A DNA stretch of 54,210 nt, taken from positions 62,001-116,210 of the forward strand of contig CAUYUJ010000258.1 of assembly GCA_963575745.1 (NCBI GenBank). Reading direction: 5' to 3'. Positions 1 through 12,923 of this stretch are shown here, piece after piece. Each line of letters begins with the position of its first letter. Position 1 is the stretch's first letter. Made by a program: the position numbers and the translations under genes. This DNA comes from Prorocentrum cordatum. Its lineage: Eukaryota. The notes beneath the pieces are model-generated. The model saw only the letters and a program-made list of their open reading frames with translations. It searched no databases and had not been told where the DNA came from.

Positions 1-3000
1 TGGTTGGTGGTACCTCGCCTCTGCGCACGCTGCCCTGCGGCTCGAAGACCGCCGGGCGGAACGCAACGCCAGGCCCTGGGCGCGGCACCGCGCCTTTGCG
101 TGGTTCCGTTGCGCGTCTCCGCCTCGCAAGAATTCGGACGGAAGCCCAGGCGCCAACGCCGTGTCCGCCCAGCGGTCGCGCCAGCGCGTCGTGGACCTCC
201 GCCTGGTCCAGGAAGAAAGCTCAGCTCGCACTGCCCGACTTCCGTTGGGGAGCACCGTGGCAAGGGTTATGAGCGGGCTGATGGGGAGGTCGGCCGGCAT
301 CGGAACGGGTTGAGCTTCTTGATCGCGCCGCAAAAGCGCGGAGGGCAATGCGCACCCTGCACCACTTGCGCGCGGCGCTCACCCCAGCGCCCCTTGCAAT
401 GCGACCAATCGACCATAAGGGCGGTGGGCATAGATGGCAGAACAGGCGGTCATAGACATACGCTTTCACAGGTCTGGGCGGATTTCTGGGGTCGGCTCTG
501 AGCCTCGAAACCTTGGCCGTGGGCCCGTGGTGGCAGCGGTCTGCACGAAGGAGGGCACAGTGTGCTCGCTGATCTCGGCTGGCGTTTTTCCTTCTGTCTG
601 TTGCCTCCCCCACCACCGCCGCCAGCGCCACTGCCAGCTACCCCCGCGCCCGCCAGCGCCACTGCCAGCTACCCCCGCGCCCGCCCCCGCGACCCCCGCG
701 CCCGCGCCCCCCACCACCGCCGCCGGCGCCACTGCCAGCTATCTCTCTCATCGCAGTGCCGCGCGAGGAAGTTGGCCCCCCGGGCGCCTGGGCCAGAGTT
801 GTGCCCTGGCCGCAGGCCCGCTCCCAGCCCAGGCCACCTCGGGCGAGGCCGCCCACGCACGCTGCGGCCGCCGTCTTGGCCCAGCGGCCCGCTCCCACAG
901 CTCGCGAGTGGCGCTCGCTGTGGTCGCAGCATGGCGCCCTGCGATGTAGCTGATGGCGCCATCGATCGCCTTGCGGGCCCGCTTCTCGCGGAGAGGGGAC
1001 GGAGCGACCCGCCCTCCACTAAGGCGCGACGGGGCACTCTTTTCGAGCAGCGACCGAGCCCGCTGCCGCGGCCCTCCGTCCTTGCACGCGATGCGGGTGT
1101 GGGCTCCGTCGCCAGCGCCCCAAAAACCATTACCACAGCTCACCCTTCCCGCGAATGCTGACGCCTGCGCTGCAGCAAACGGTTGTGGGCTCCAGCTTCG
1201 GCGCCTGTGTCTCTGTGGGCAGCGGCAGGGCGACTTGCCAGAGCCTGCCGTCCCTGATCCCTGCGCGCGTCAACAGTTCGGCACTAGCAGATCGCTTCGT
1301 GCTCAAGCTTCGCCGCCGCCCAGCAGTGCTGGGGCCCGCTGGTTTTTCTGCTGGTAAATGCTGAGTCGGGCGTTGTAGCTGACTGCTTTGCTCCATCTAT
1401 CTGGCCCGCACCCCGCTCAGCAGCGGTGGAGCTGAAGCCGCCAGTGCGCCTTCGGCGCACGCTAATTCCGGCACTGCTGCTTGTCCTATTGGGTTCCACA
1501 TGTGCTCTCATCATCTCGCTGAGCAACGTCCGAGTTTGTTTTGCTGCCGCTGTAACACCTCCGCCTCGGGCGCGGAGCTGCAGAGTCTGATCTTCGCCTT
1601 TCTTCGGCCACCTCTTCGGCTTCCTACCGCCTCCGCCTCCGCATCCGCCACCTCGTCGATTTCCACTTCCTGCTCATTCTTTTTCGCCTCTGCCGCCCCC
1701 GCGCCCCTCTCAGAGGGCCCGCTGCCACCCGTCGCTGTCGCTTTTCGCTTCTCGCTCCTCCACAGCGTCAGGGGCGCTCGCTGGCTACAGCCGGCGCGCG
1801 GCCCCCGGGTCGCTGTGACTCAGATCTGTTTGGCCGCAGGCCTGCCCAGAGGTAACTAAACGACGAGATCTTCGTTCGTCTCGCTTTGACTGTGGAGCAC
1901 CCAGCAGCACCCAAGAGCGTGCGCACCGTGCCCAACAGCGCCGAATAGAGGCCGAAAAGCGCCCAAGAGCGTCCAGTAACGCAGTGTGAGGGAGATGCGT
2001 TGCGCCCTCTCTGCGCGCTACTGGACGCGGTATCGGGCACCACGAGGACGACCAGAAGCTTCCGTGCGTGGCTTTGAAGGACCGGAGCAATGCAGCCGAC
2101 AAGGGACAGGTGGTGACCAGGTGGTGGTGAGAGAGCATCGCGGAGTGCGCCAAGGGCCGTGATCGTGAAGCATCGCCTCGTCCAGCTGCCCTCCACTTCC
2201 AGGGGATTCCCTGGCAGAGCACCGTATCGCCGACAACGTCGCCTCGCCGCCAGAGGTCCCGTCGCTCCCCTGCGCACCGCTGCTCCCGCCTTGCGCTCTG
2301 ATGAAGCGGCCTGGCCGGGGTCCCCTCCCTGGCCAGCGGCTGGCCTTGGTGGCCCGGGCTCTTCTCGAGACGGCGGTGGTGGATGCGCCCCCTTGAGAGG
2401 CCGCGCTGCGTCCAGGTGCTCCTGCAGCTCGCGCTGTTTTTCGCCCCGCACCTGGCCCGCGTGTCTTTTCTGGCCTTCGCATCGGTGGCCGCAGGCCCGA
2501 CGCTCGCCGCGCGCCGCGGCGCCGCGGCGCACCCTCGCGGAGATAGAGAGAGAGAGAGGGAGAAAAGAACGAGAGAGAGAGAGAGAAGCGCGGGCGAGGC
2601 GGCAAGCCCACTGTCCTCGCAAGGCACCCTGTGACAACGAGGCGAGCTCGCCTTCCACGCCGACCCCCCCCGCCCCTCCCCGCGGCCCTGGGCGGTGGCG
2701 CCCTGTCCTCGCAGAGTGGTGGCCCCCTTTGCCCGAGCGGGGCGGCAGGGCAGGGGCCCCGCGCGCGCGGCCAGAGAGAGAGAGAGAGCGCGGACATCAG
2801 CAGGGGAGCGGGGCACCGCGCAAGGTGTTGGTCCTCGGCCGCGTGCAGTGCACGCCGGTCGTTGAAAGTGGAGATCTTTGGCTTCCCAGAGCCCAATCTA
2901 TGTCAAGCGCCTTTTTTTTGTTGCAATGATCGATATGCCTACGCCGCGTTTTGTGATTCTCTGGGAGGGCTCTGACCCAATCTACTTTATCCGCCTGCTT

Positions 3001-3533
3001 CATGTTTTTATCTACTTTTTCCGACCGACGTGTAGTTGAGGCTTCTGCATGCCGCCACTGCGGCGGGTTTTTGCCGCACATCGTCGGGGGAAGGCTCTGG
3101 CGCGACTGGAGCGAGCCGTCCTGTGCAGCGCCCTCTCTTGATCATGGCGCCGGCCACAGGTCTGGCCCCCAATTCGCTGCAATTTTTTGGGGGCCCGTCA
3201 GGAACCCGCCAAGCGAGGATGTGGCGCGCAGTCTTGTGGTCGCCCATTGTGTCTGGGCGTACCGCTTGTCAGCGGAAGCTCTCGAGGCGGCCGCGGTTGG
3301 TTTGGCGCCGTTGGACATTTGCTGGGCAAAGCAGCCGGGTGCTCGGGTGCAGGACTTGGCGGAGGCCCTCGGTCGGCTGGCGTCGCTGGCCGGTCTCAGA
3401 AAGATAGCCGGCGCGGCGGGCGAGGCGGCAGTTCCCTTATCGAAGACGCCTACGGCGAATCACCGCCGCCCCCTGCCTTTTTGGAAGCGCCTATGTGGCC
3501 GAACGTTGAGGCCAGACCTGCCAAGCTATCGGA

Positions 3534-4374
3534 CCACGTGTTCCCCGAATCGGTTTGGAAAGCCTTCGGGGAACACGTGGGCATCTTGAAGGTCATCTTG
3601 GCCGTCTTGGAGGCCTCTTGGGCAAGCTTTGGGCGATCTTTGGGGCTTTTTGGGCCGTCTCGGGCCAGCTTCGAGCCAACTTCGGCCATCTTGGTGGGTT
3701 CCTGGCACGTCTGAAGCCGTCGGAAGCCGTTTGGGGGGCCTCTATGGGCCGACTTGGGGCCCGCTTGGAATGCTCCAGGGCCGTCTTGGAGGCCATCTTG
3801 GGCGTCTGGGAGGCCATCTTGGGCGTGTTGGAGGCCTCTTGGGCCCTCTTGGGGCCCTCTAGGGGCCATCTTGGAGGCCACTTGGGCCATCATGGGGCTC
3901 TCTTGGGGGCCTCTTGGGCGATCTTGGGGGCTTCTTGGGCCGTCTCGAGCCGTCGGAGAGCCGAAAAGGCGCAAATGCCAGAATCCTTCAAAAACCAAGG
4001 AAAAATCAATGATTTTGGCCTCTTCGGACTCTCCTGGAGGACCTCTTGGAGGCCTCTTGGGCCGTCTGGGAGGCCTCTGGGGGGCCTCTTGGGCCGTCTT
4101 GGGCCGTCTTGGACTCTCTTGGGCCGTTTTGGAGGCCGTCTTGGACCATCTCGGGCGGACTTGGAGGCCATCTTGGGCCATCTTCGCGATTTTTTGAGGA
4201 TGTCCCGAGCGAAACGGCCGTTTTTTGGAGGATTTTTTCCGGTCGTTGAGCACCTTCCGGGTGGCCGGCGGGTTCTGCCGGAGCCCACTGGGGAGTTCTT
4301 TTGGAAAAAGAACCAAAACCAAAACCTGAAACATCCAGCACGCCGTGCACCCCTGCAAGCAGGGGGCGGCGGAT
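3534..4374. mobile_element. Non-autonomous interspersed repeat built from GGCCGTCTTGG/GGCCTCTTGG units, with hairpins at both ends
   Basis: Internal 11-12-nt subrepeats; perfect 16-bp inverted repeat at 3534-3580; CCCCTGC-AA-GCAGGGG hairpin near 4350. Related patches at 7620-8125, 38100-38620 and (inverted) 41170-41430. Confidence 0.65.
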
Positions 4375-4494
4375 CCAGATGCCTGCGGCAAGTCCCGCCA
4401 CCGTGCAAGCACAGCATTCAGGGTGGCGACTGTTCGAGGGGGCACGTGAAGCCGTCACATGTGACTCCTCTTGTCTCCAGGCTTGGGAGAACCG

Positions 4495-5073
4495 TGATAA
4501 GGATGATGGGAATTCCGAGGATGCTTTGGGTGATGATGACGATGATGGTAATGATGATGCTGATGATGATGACAATGATGATGATGGTGATGATGATGAG
4601 GATGATGATGCTGATGATAATGATGACGATGCTGATGATTGTGGTGGTGGTGATGATGACGTTGCTGCTGATGATGATGATGATGATGAAGATGATGATG
4701 ATAAAAAGTATTATGATGATTGTGATGATGTGCAGATGATTGTGATGATGACGATGATGATGATGATGATGACGACGATGATGATGCTGACGATGATGGG
4801 TGTGATGCTGATGATGATGACGATGATGATGTTGCTGATGATGTTGATGATGCTGTTGATGATGATGAATGATGATGATGATGATGATGACGATTATGAT
4901 GATGATGATGACGGTTGTGATGATGATGAAGATGATGATGATGATGATGATGATGGTGATGATGCTGATGATGGTGGTGATGATGATGCTGCTGATGATG
5001 ATGATGATGATGATGCTGATGATGATGATGATGCTGCTGATGATGCTGATGATGATGATGATGATGCTGCTGC

Positions 5074-5105
<32 letters not shown>

Positions 5106-5385
5106 GTGGTGGTGATGATGATGCTGATGATGCTGATGATGATGATGATGGCGATGATGATGGTGGTGGTGGTGGTGGTGGTGATGATGACGATCGTGAT
5201 TACGATGATGATGACGACGACGATGATGCTGATGATGATGATGATGGTGAGGATGATGATGCTGATGATGATGATGATGCTGATGCTGATGATAATGATG
5301 ATGATGATGTTGAGGAGGATGATGCTGATGATGATGCTGATGATGATGATGATGATGCAGATGATGATGATGATGATGATGATGA

Positions 5386-5423
<38 letters not shown>

Positions 5424-5478
5424 GGATGAGGATGAGGATGAGGATGATGATGATGATTCTGATTATGATGATGATGAA

Positions 5479-5556
<78 letters not shown>

Positions 5557-5621
5557 GATGATGCTGATGATGATGATGATGATCATGATGATGATGATGA
5601 TGCTGCTGATGATGATGATGC

Positions 5622-5659
<38 letters not shown>

Positions 5660-5660
5660 C

Positions 5661-5705
<45 letters not shown>

Positions 5706-5895
5706 GGATGATGGTGACGGTGATGGTGATGGTGATGGTGATGGTGATGGTGGTGGTGATGATGAGGCGGAGGCGGTGGCGGAGGCGGAGGCGGCGGCGG
5801 CGGAGGAGGTGGATGAGGAGGAGGGGGAAGAGGAGGAGGAGGAGGAGGAGGAGGAGGAGGAGGAGGAGGAGGAGGAGGAGGAGGCGGCGGCGGCG
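4495..5895. repeat. (GAT)n microsatellite grading into (GGT/GAG)n
   Basis: Direct reading. Confidence 0.98.
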
Positions 5896-6480
5896 ATACG
5901 GTGTCGGGCCGAAGGTCGATGCCACTCGACGTAAATCAACCATCCGAACTCATCTCGGGCGGTTGCGACCTACCGTGCGCGTCGAGACGCGGATAGAGGA
6001 TGGCTCCACAGCGGGGGCCACGAGTGGACCTCGCTCGACCACAACTTCACAGAGCTCGGACCATACTAAACGAAACTGAAGGATTCGCAAACTTCGCAAG
6101 CTCAGGAAACTGACGAACTAAACTCAGACTCAACGGCCTCACCGAGGCCGAGTGAAAACTCAGGTGTACGAAAGGACCCCGCCCTACCGTAGCTTCACAG
6201 AGCACGGGCCCGAAAAGGAACCAGACTCGCAGAGCTTCACAAGGAACCTTCACTAAACAACTCAGCAGCCTCTCAGAGGCCAGGAGAAAACTACGTGGTA
6301 AACATGCTAACCAATTCTTTGAAACTGTACTGTGGACGCACAGGAGGAGGGATAGGACGAGGAGGAGGACGGAGGGGATCCAAGGCAGCGGCAGGCCGAG
6401 CCTCGAAGTCGCGCTTCCTCTCAGAGCGTGTCGTCGAGGCGGGAGGAGCGGATGTTGATCTCGAAACCGAAAGTCTGGTA

Positions 6481-7085
6481 GTTGATCCACCCGAGGCTAC
6501 TGATCCACCCGTGGCAATCGAGGACGGTAAGGTCATTGATCCACCCGTGGCAAGTGATCTCATTGTGGCCATGCCCCTGAGACGCTCCCCTCCTTTAACC
6601 CCTTGGGGGCCGTCGCATCCAGGACGGTGGAGGGGGTCTGCAGTTGCTTGGCCAGTCGGCGACCCTGCAACTGATCCGCCTGTGGCAATCGACCTCGTTG
6701 TGGCCAAGCCCCTGAGACGCTCCCCTCCTTTAACCCCTTGGGGGCCGTCACGCCCAGGACGGTGGAGGGGGTCTGCAGTTGCTTGGCCTGTCGACCCAGC
6801 AACTGATCCACTCGTGGCCGCCGATCCCATTGTGGCCAAGCCCCTGAGACGCCCCCCTCCTTAAACCCCTTGGGGGCCGCCACGCCCAGGACGGTGGAGG
6901 TGGTCTGCAGTTGCTTGGCCCGTCGACCCAGCAACTGATCCGCCCGTGGCAATCGATCCCCTTGCGGCCAAGCCCCTGAGACGCTCCCCCCCTTTAACCT
7001 CTGGGGGGCCGCCACTCCCAGGACGGTGGGGGGGGGTCTGCAGTTGCTTGGCCTGTCGTCGACCCTGCCTGTTGATCCACCCGAC
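6481..7085. repeat. Tandem repeat, 132-135 bp unit, about 4 copies
   Basis: CCCCTGAGACGC recurs at 6574, 6709, 6841 and 6973. Confidence 0.93.
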
Positions 7086-7086
7086 C

Positions 7087-7500
7087 TCAGAGGCTGTCTT
7101 CGAACTCGTCCGCGATCATCTGAAGGATCCGTTCCACTTTGCTCCGTATTGCCATGCCCTGTCGATGCTCGAACCTTGTGCTGACGCAGTAGTCCGAGAG
7201 AGCCTTCATCGTGGTGCGATCCGCGAGGACGACCGTCTTGCATGCCGTGCTCTCCCTGAGACCTTCCACCAGCATCCATCTCCGCCATGTCCGTGATCGC
7301 ATGAGCCAGCCGTATATCTTCCCGATCTCGCTGGCCTGCTGGGGAGCGCCTGCTGGTGGTGTTGTGCCGCCGCCTGCTGCTGAGCCTGCTTCGCCCTGCC
7401 GCGGGGCCTGACTGCGCCTTCGCGCTGCACCTCTCTCCCCAAGAGCGTGGGAAACAACTGCGGACCCACTGCGGTGCCTCTCGTTGCCTCTGCCGCGCCC
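7087..7500 (-). pseudogene. Coding-like C-terminal fragment of an unknown protein
   Basis: QQASEIGKIYGWLMRSRTWRRWMLVEGL...KVERILQMIADEFEDSL* is compositionally protein-like, unlike the repeat-derived rest of ORF 7087..8154; no start codon before the (CCT)n tract. Confidence 0.4.
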
Positions 7501-7618
7501 GGGGGAGGAGGTTAAGGAGGGGGAGGAGGGGGAGGAGGAGGAGGAGGAGGAGGAGGAGGAGGAGGAGGAGGAGGAGGAGGAGGAGGAGGAGGAGGAGGAC
7601 GAGGAGAAGGATGGAGGA
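7501..7618. repeat. (GAG)n microsatellite
   Basis: Direct reading. Confidence 0.97.
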
Positions 7619-7619
7619 A

Positions 7620-8125
7620 CTAGTTTGGGCCGTCTTGGGGCCGTCGTGTTTCCAGTGAGGCAGTCTTGGAAGTCTTTTTGGATTTTCTCGGGTCGTACAG
7701 GGGCCCTTCTACGCATGCTTGGGGTTCTCTTGGGCCGTCTTGGACGCATGGCGGGCGTTTTGGGGCCTTGTGCTGTCGAAGAGCCTTCTAAGGCCGTATT
7801 GGATCCCGCGGGAGATTCTCTTGGGCCGTCTTGGGGCCAGCTTGGGTGCCTCCTGGGCCATGGTGGAGTCCTCGTGGGCCGTCGTAAGCTGGCGGCAGTC
7901 CTAAAAGTCGAGAGTGCGAAAGTCACCCTAGAACCAGAAGGGACTCTTCGGACCCTGTGGGAGGTCCTCTTGGGGACATCTTGGGTCTGGGGCCGTCTTG
8001 CAGCAATCTTCGGCCACCTTGGGGCCATCTTGGGCCTTCGAGGCATCCTGCCCAGGTCGTCTTTGGGAAGCTCCGGACGCGCACCCCTTGTTCCGAACCA
8101 ACCTTTGGAAGGGTCCGCATTTTGA
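7620..8125. repeat. Diverged copy of the GGCCGTCTTGG repeat family
   Basis: Same subrepeat (ttgggccgtcttgg, ggccatcttggg). Confidence 0.7.
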
Positions 8126-8179
8126 AAAGACAGCGCCCTGTGTCTCCTTCCCACCCGCTGCCCCCTTCTCCACTTCCAT

Positions 8180-8765
8180 CATAGGGAGCTCCACCGAAAG
8201 CCCGAGTGGCTGAGACTACATCCGTCCGCGCACGAGACTACAGCTTTTCCGTGGCCCCATAGGGGCGTCCACCGAAGGCCCCAGTGGCTGTGACCATCTG
8301 CGCCCGCACACGAGAGGATGTTTTTTCGGTGCCCCAAAATGAATTCCACCAGAGTCTCCAAGGGCTGTGACCACACGCGTCCGTGCATGAGACTACAGCA
8401 TATCGTGTCCCCATAGGGAGCTCTACCGAAGGCCCCCTTGGCTGTGACCACCTGCATCTGCCCAGGAAACAAACAATAGCGTATCGTGGCCCCAGAGGAA
8501 TCTCCACCAAAGGCCCCCGAGGCTGAGACCACACGCGTCCGCGCAAGAGAGTACATCGTTTTGCGGCCCCAGAGGGAGCTCCACCGAAGGCCCGGGTGAC
8601 TGACCACCGATGTCCGCGCATGAAAATACCGCTTCTCGTGGTCTTAAAGGGAGCTCCACTGAAGGCCCCAGTGGCTGTGACCACACGCGTCCGCGCCATC
8701 CAGTACAGCGTCTTCTGGCCCCACAGGACGCTCCACCGAAGGCCCCAGTGGCTGTGACCACAAGC
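8180..8765. repeat. Minisatellite, about 78 bp unit, about 8 copies
   Basis: GGGAGCTCCACCGAAGGCCCCAGTGGCTGTGACCAC core recurs about every 78 bp. Confidence 0.92.
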
Positions 8766-8779
8766 GTTCCTGCTCCCAT

Positions 8780-9180
8780 TTGCTTCTGGGCGCTCCTTGG
8801 CGCTCCTGGGCGTTCTGAAGCAAACCCATAGGCCCCCTGGCGTCCCCAAGCGCGCCAAAGCGCCCCCAAGCTTTGGCGCTTTCTCTGCGTTCGCAAGCGC
8901 TCTCCGGCACACCCTGGCTCTTCCTTCGTGCTCCACTGGCGCTCCCAGGCGTTTCCGGCGCCCCCGGGCGCACCCAACGCTCGCAGGCGTTTCCCACGCG
9001 TGCTTGGCTCCCAGGCTCTCCCAGGCGCCTCCAGGCGCTTCTAGGCTCTCCCGCGCTTTCAGGCCAGGCGCACCGAAGCGTCCCCGCTCCTTCCAGGCGC
9101 CCCCCAGGCGTCCTCAGAAGCGCTCCCAGGCGCTTCTGCCCGTTCGTGCGCGCCCTCTACAGGATATGGCGCCTCTTACG
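8780..9180. repeat. GCGCTCCCAG-type degenerate short-unit repeat (inverted relative near 19290-19460)
   Basis: Recurrent ggcgctcccaggcg units. Confidence 0.7.
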
Positions 9181-10539
9181 CGCGACAGCTTCTGCCTGAC
9201 CCCCGCGTTCACGCGTGCCCGCACGAGTGCGATGCAGACCCCGCCCGGCAGCTACGGTCTGAACAATTGTTCCGCGCGCGCACACTCCAGGTTGCGCATT
9301 TCCTGCAGGGCTGGTGCCTCTTAGATCCGGCGTCTGATGCGCGCCCGCTCGTGGAGCATGCACGTCCCGAGTTCGTTGCTCCTTTCGCGCTTGTACGGCA
9401 CACACCAGGTCCCGCGCCGGGCGCCCGCTGGGCGCCAGCCGCTCGGCCCCGGGCGCGCCGCCCCTCACAGCTGCTGCAACCAGGAACTCCAAGGGAAGTT
9501 CTGGGCGCCGCCAGGTGGTGGTCTCTCTCACACCCCATCGTGCCTCCACGTCTGTGCCATCTCTAGGTTCCCTCCCCGCCCGACCTGGGCGGACAACGCA
9601 GGACCTCACGGGGGCAGCGAGGGGTGGGGAGAATACCGCTTTCCCCACTGGCTCACAGTGGGCAGCGCGGAACCGCGTTACGGTAGTAAAGCTGCCTGCT
9701 TTCCTCGCGCGAATCGTTTCACACCGTGCAGCTTTGGGAATGACACGCTGGCACCAGTGCGCCTGAGGGGCGGCGGCCCAAACAGGGGGGCCTCCCATGC
9801 CCCCTGGGAGTGCCGCACATTGCGCGGGCGCAGAGCCAAACGAGCGCCGCCCAGACGTAATTGGGGACAGCCAGACAGCCCAGTCCCAAGAGTTCCCGGG
9901 GCCGACCGGAATTCACAACAGACGGGGCCGCAATTTCAAAAACAGGCACGAGTCTCTATCCCGGCGATGGTCTTCAAGGCAAAAACAAAGGGGATTTGTC
10001 ACAGCACCGGGGGAGGGCATAGCAAGGAGGGGACAGCAGGCGTCGAGGCGGGCCGGCTAAGCACAGCTAGAGGCATCCGTATGGGCGTGCAGTATTTCCC
10101 TGCCCTCGCAGCTAACTGGGGTTGCTTCTCCGCGCCCAGAGTCGTCTCTGGTGGGGACGCCGTCTGTCCATGGCCCAGCGAAGGATGCAAACCTATTTTT
10201 TTGGGGGGGGTTCTTCTCCTCCCTTCCCTAGCCCAAGGCAGCCGCGTCCCCTCGCAGCCACTGGCGCGGGCCCCGGCCACCCGCGCACCAAGCTTAGCGC
10301 GGGGCAGGGGCACGCCGCGAAGGAGCGGGGGGCTTTCGGCCGAAGCCAGGGCAAACCCCGAACTTCCTGCAAGCTAGCCTAGCCGCCGCGGGCTTCCCGC
10401 TGAGCCGCCACCGCTGCCGCCGGCCGCTTGGCCGGCCGCTGCCAGCCGCCGCCTCCGCCGCCGCCTTCCCCGGCGCCCGCGCGGGCCCCTCGCCCGCCGC
10501 TGCCGGTCGCGCGAGCGTGGCCGCGGGCGGCGGCCGCGG

Positions 10540-10759
10540 CCCTTCCTCCTCCGCCTCGGCCTCTGCCTCCGCCTCCGGCCTTCTCTTCTGCTGTCTTCGC
10601 CGCCTCCTCGCCCTCGTCGTCCTCATCCGCCGCCTCCTCGGCCTCCTCCTTCTCCTCCTCGGCCTTGTCCTCCTCCTCCTCCTCCTCATCCTTCTCCCCC
10701 TCCTCCTCCTCCTCCTGCTCCTCCTCCTCCTCCTCCTCCTCCTCCTCCTCCTCCTCCTC
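10540..10759. repeat. (CCT)n tract abutting the 3' end of element A
   Basis: Direct reading. Confidence 0.95.
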
Positions 10760-10834
10760 AGCGACCTCAGCGACATCAAGTGTGTCTGATCATCCACAGG
10801 ACAGCCGACACACTACAACACTGAAAAAGGATCT

Positions 10835-12591
10835 CTACAAACCAGGCTCAGCCGGGGCGGAAGCAGGAACAGGAAGGGGAGGGGGCGGAAGGGGAAAAAA
10901 GGGCAGGGACGAAAGGGGAAAGGACGGGCCTAGTCTGTTGGAAGACCCTGGGACCACACCCTTCAGAAGCTTGGACCTCTCCGAGCTCTTCTTGGGGTTG
11001 GTACAAGGACTGCGGAGCTTCTCGCTATTCTTGCAGGAAGCGAAGGCTCCGCACAGTACACAGTAAATGTAAGGTACGTCAGAGGACACTTCTCGAGCCC
11101 AATGCAGCTTATGACCCTGGCCCCCCCCACCACACAACAAAACAGAGAGGGTGGGGTTCAGCTCGTCGCATGGGCTCGTGGTACTCTGACTGACAATACG
11201 AAGGCACCGCTGACACCGCAAGGTATCATCTAGGCGCACAGGAACATGGAGGTTCTTCGGGGTTCGAATCCGAGGTGGTTTCGATCCCTTCCGAAGCTTG
11301 CCGTGCAAGTCTTCACACGACAGAAAACACGATAAAATGCAAGTGACCCCCACAACAAGACTATTGTACTCGACCTCCGCACGCTCGAAATCCAACAGCT
11401 CCTGGGGGCATAAATTGTGACTCTGGGCCCCTTTCTTAGCCCATTCATCAGCATGGAAAGATCCTACGATCGTGCACCTATCTTGCTCGTCTATCGCATC
11501 ATTGAACGACCTGTGGGCCTTAACTTTGGTAAGGGCAACCCATTGTCGTTCTTTCAACTTACGGGCCATTTCACGCCAGAAAAAAGCCAGGCGGGACGAG
11601 CCAACTAAGGCTCTAGCAGAATCGCGAGTCCCAAGGAAAAGCGACGCACAATCAACCGAAACAGCTTGAAAATGGTCCAGAGGGTCCTGGTCCGATCTCC
11701 GAAGGACACTAACCGCTAGGGCAGCATGCTCAGCGTCACTAACAGTCTGACGGAACTCAGCGGGCAGCGGGCAGTAGATCCCACGAACTAACTGGTCTCC
11801 ACGGAGCTGAATCACGGCAATCCTAGCTCGCGCAATTTTTTCCTCAATTGAAACAAGACCCATCCGTGTACAAGACGTCACCAGGGTCAAACTGAAATGC
11901 AGGCGTGGGTCGACCATCGTTCCCGAAAAACTCCAGTTCCCAGTCAGGAGCTGGAGACGGGAGATCGGGGAAAGGGACCCACAAACGCGACAAAAGCAGA
12001 CAGTCCTCGGAGGCCCCTCGGACCTGGTCCAGGGTTTCCTCGCCGAAAAACTCCGACCGCTTTTGCACAACATCTGGAATAGGAGCACTCCCAAACTCTA
12101 TGCCACAGCGTGTCGAGAGCTTGCTTACATAAAGGACACAAATCGCAAACAGCGTATCCCCACCTTACGAGGTTGCTGCCAGTCGGGACAGTCCCTGACA
12201 CCACTTGGCAGAACAGGTGAAGAAGATCCGCAGGGAGGCCTTTTGCCACCCTCTGCATTGGAGGTAGCCACAGGCCTCGCTGCATAATGTCTAAACCCCC
12301 AGGAGCGTTGGTAAGCTTAGTTCGTATAGCTTTCTGTAGCATAGCGTAGCGGAGGTCTTCAAGAAAAGCAGAGCAAACTTCCGCAGGTGGCCGTTCGGTG
12401 AGGACCCACCGAAAACCACTCCTAGAAATGAGAACCGCTGGGCCCTCCCAAGTCCATCCGCCAGCTTCCAGCCACAGGAGCATCGCCGAGATCGGCCCCC
12501 GAGAACGATACATCCATGGCTTCCGCGGACGGGAGGCCATCAACGCAGCAGCAGATCGAAAACTCTTGCTTAGATCGCCTGGGCTCATCAC
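10835..12591 (-). pseudogene. CCHC knuckle, RNase H and Cys/His-rich tail of element A ORF2
   Basis: CPLCKQALDTLWHRVWEC (11944..12591); VLYTDGSC (11844..12068); QTVSDAE, VSVDC, KVKAH and HADEWAKKGA (10835..12094); then CQRC and CVLC motifs. Confidence 0.9.
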
Positions 12592-12923
12592 GTCTTGATG
12601 TCTGGGCCGACCTCGCTTCGGATCGGGTTCGGTCGAATGCCACCATTCCCACGAGTAGCGTCTGAGAGGACCTGCAGCAAGCTACAACGGATCTCCTCGA
12701 TATTTATAAATTGCTCACTGGAGCTCGAGTGAACAACCTTTTTTACTGATGCCTCCAGCCCTCGCAGCAGACCGTCTGATGTACTGAAGTTCGGCTGGTG
12801 AGACTCCTTGGACTTCCATCCCGTAGGATACCGTAGTCAGGGTCCCACTCTTGAACAGTCTAGCCTTCGCTCTTCTGGACACCCGAGGCGCTCCATGACG
12901 TCTAATCCGATGTTGGAATTTCG

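Noticed and set aside
4..3450. Numerous 100-340 aa ORFs on both strands
   Set aside because: GC-rich Arg/Pro/Ala frames without recognisable motifs; could hide short exons or decayed retrocopies but I cannot support a call.
4301..6079. 592-aa poly-Asp/Met ORF and overlapping frames
   Set aside because: Translation of (GAT)n/(GAG)n microsatellite.
5902..6342. Solo LTR (TG...CA, 441 bp)
   Set aside because: No target-site duplication, second copy, PBS or clear PPT.
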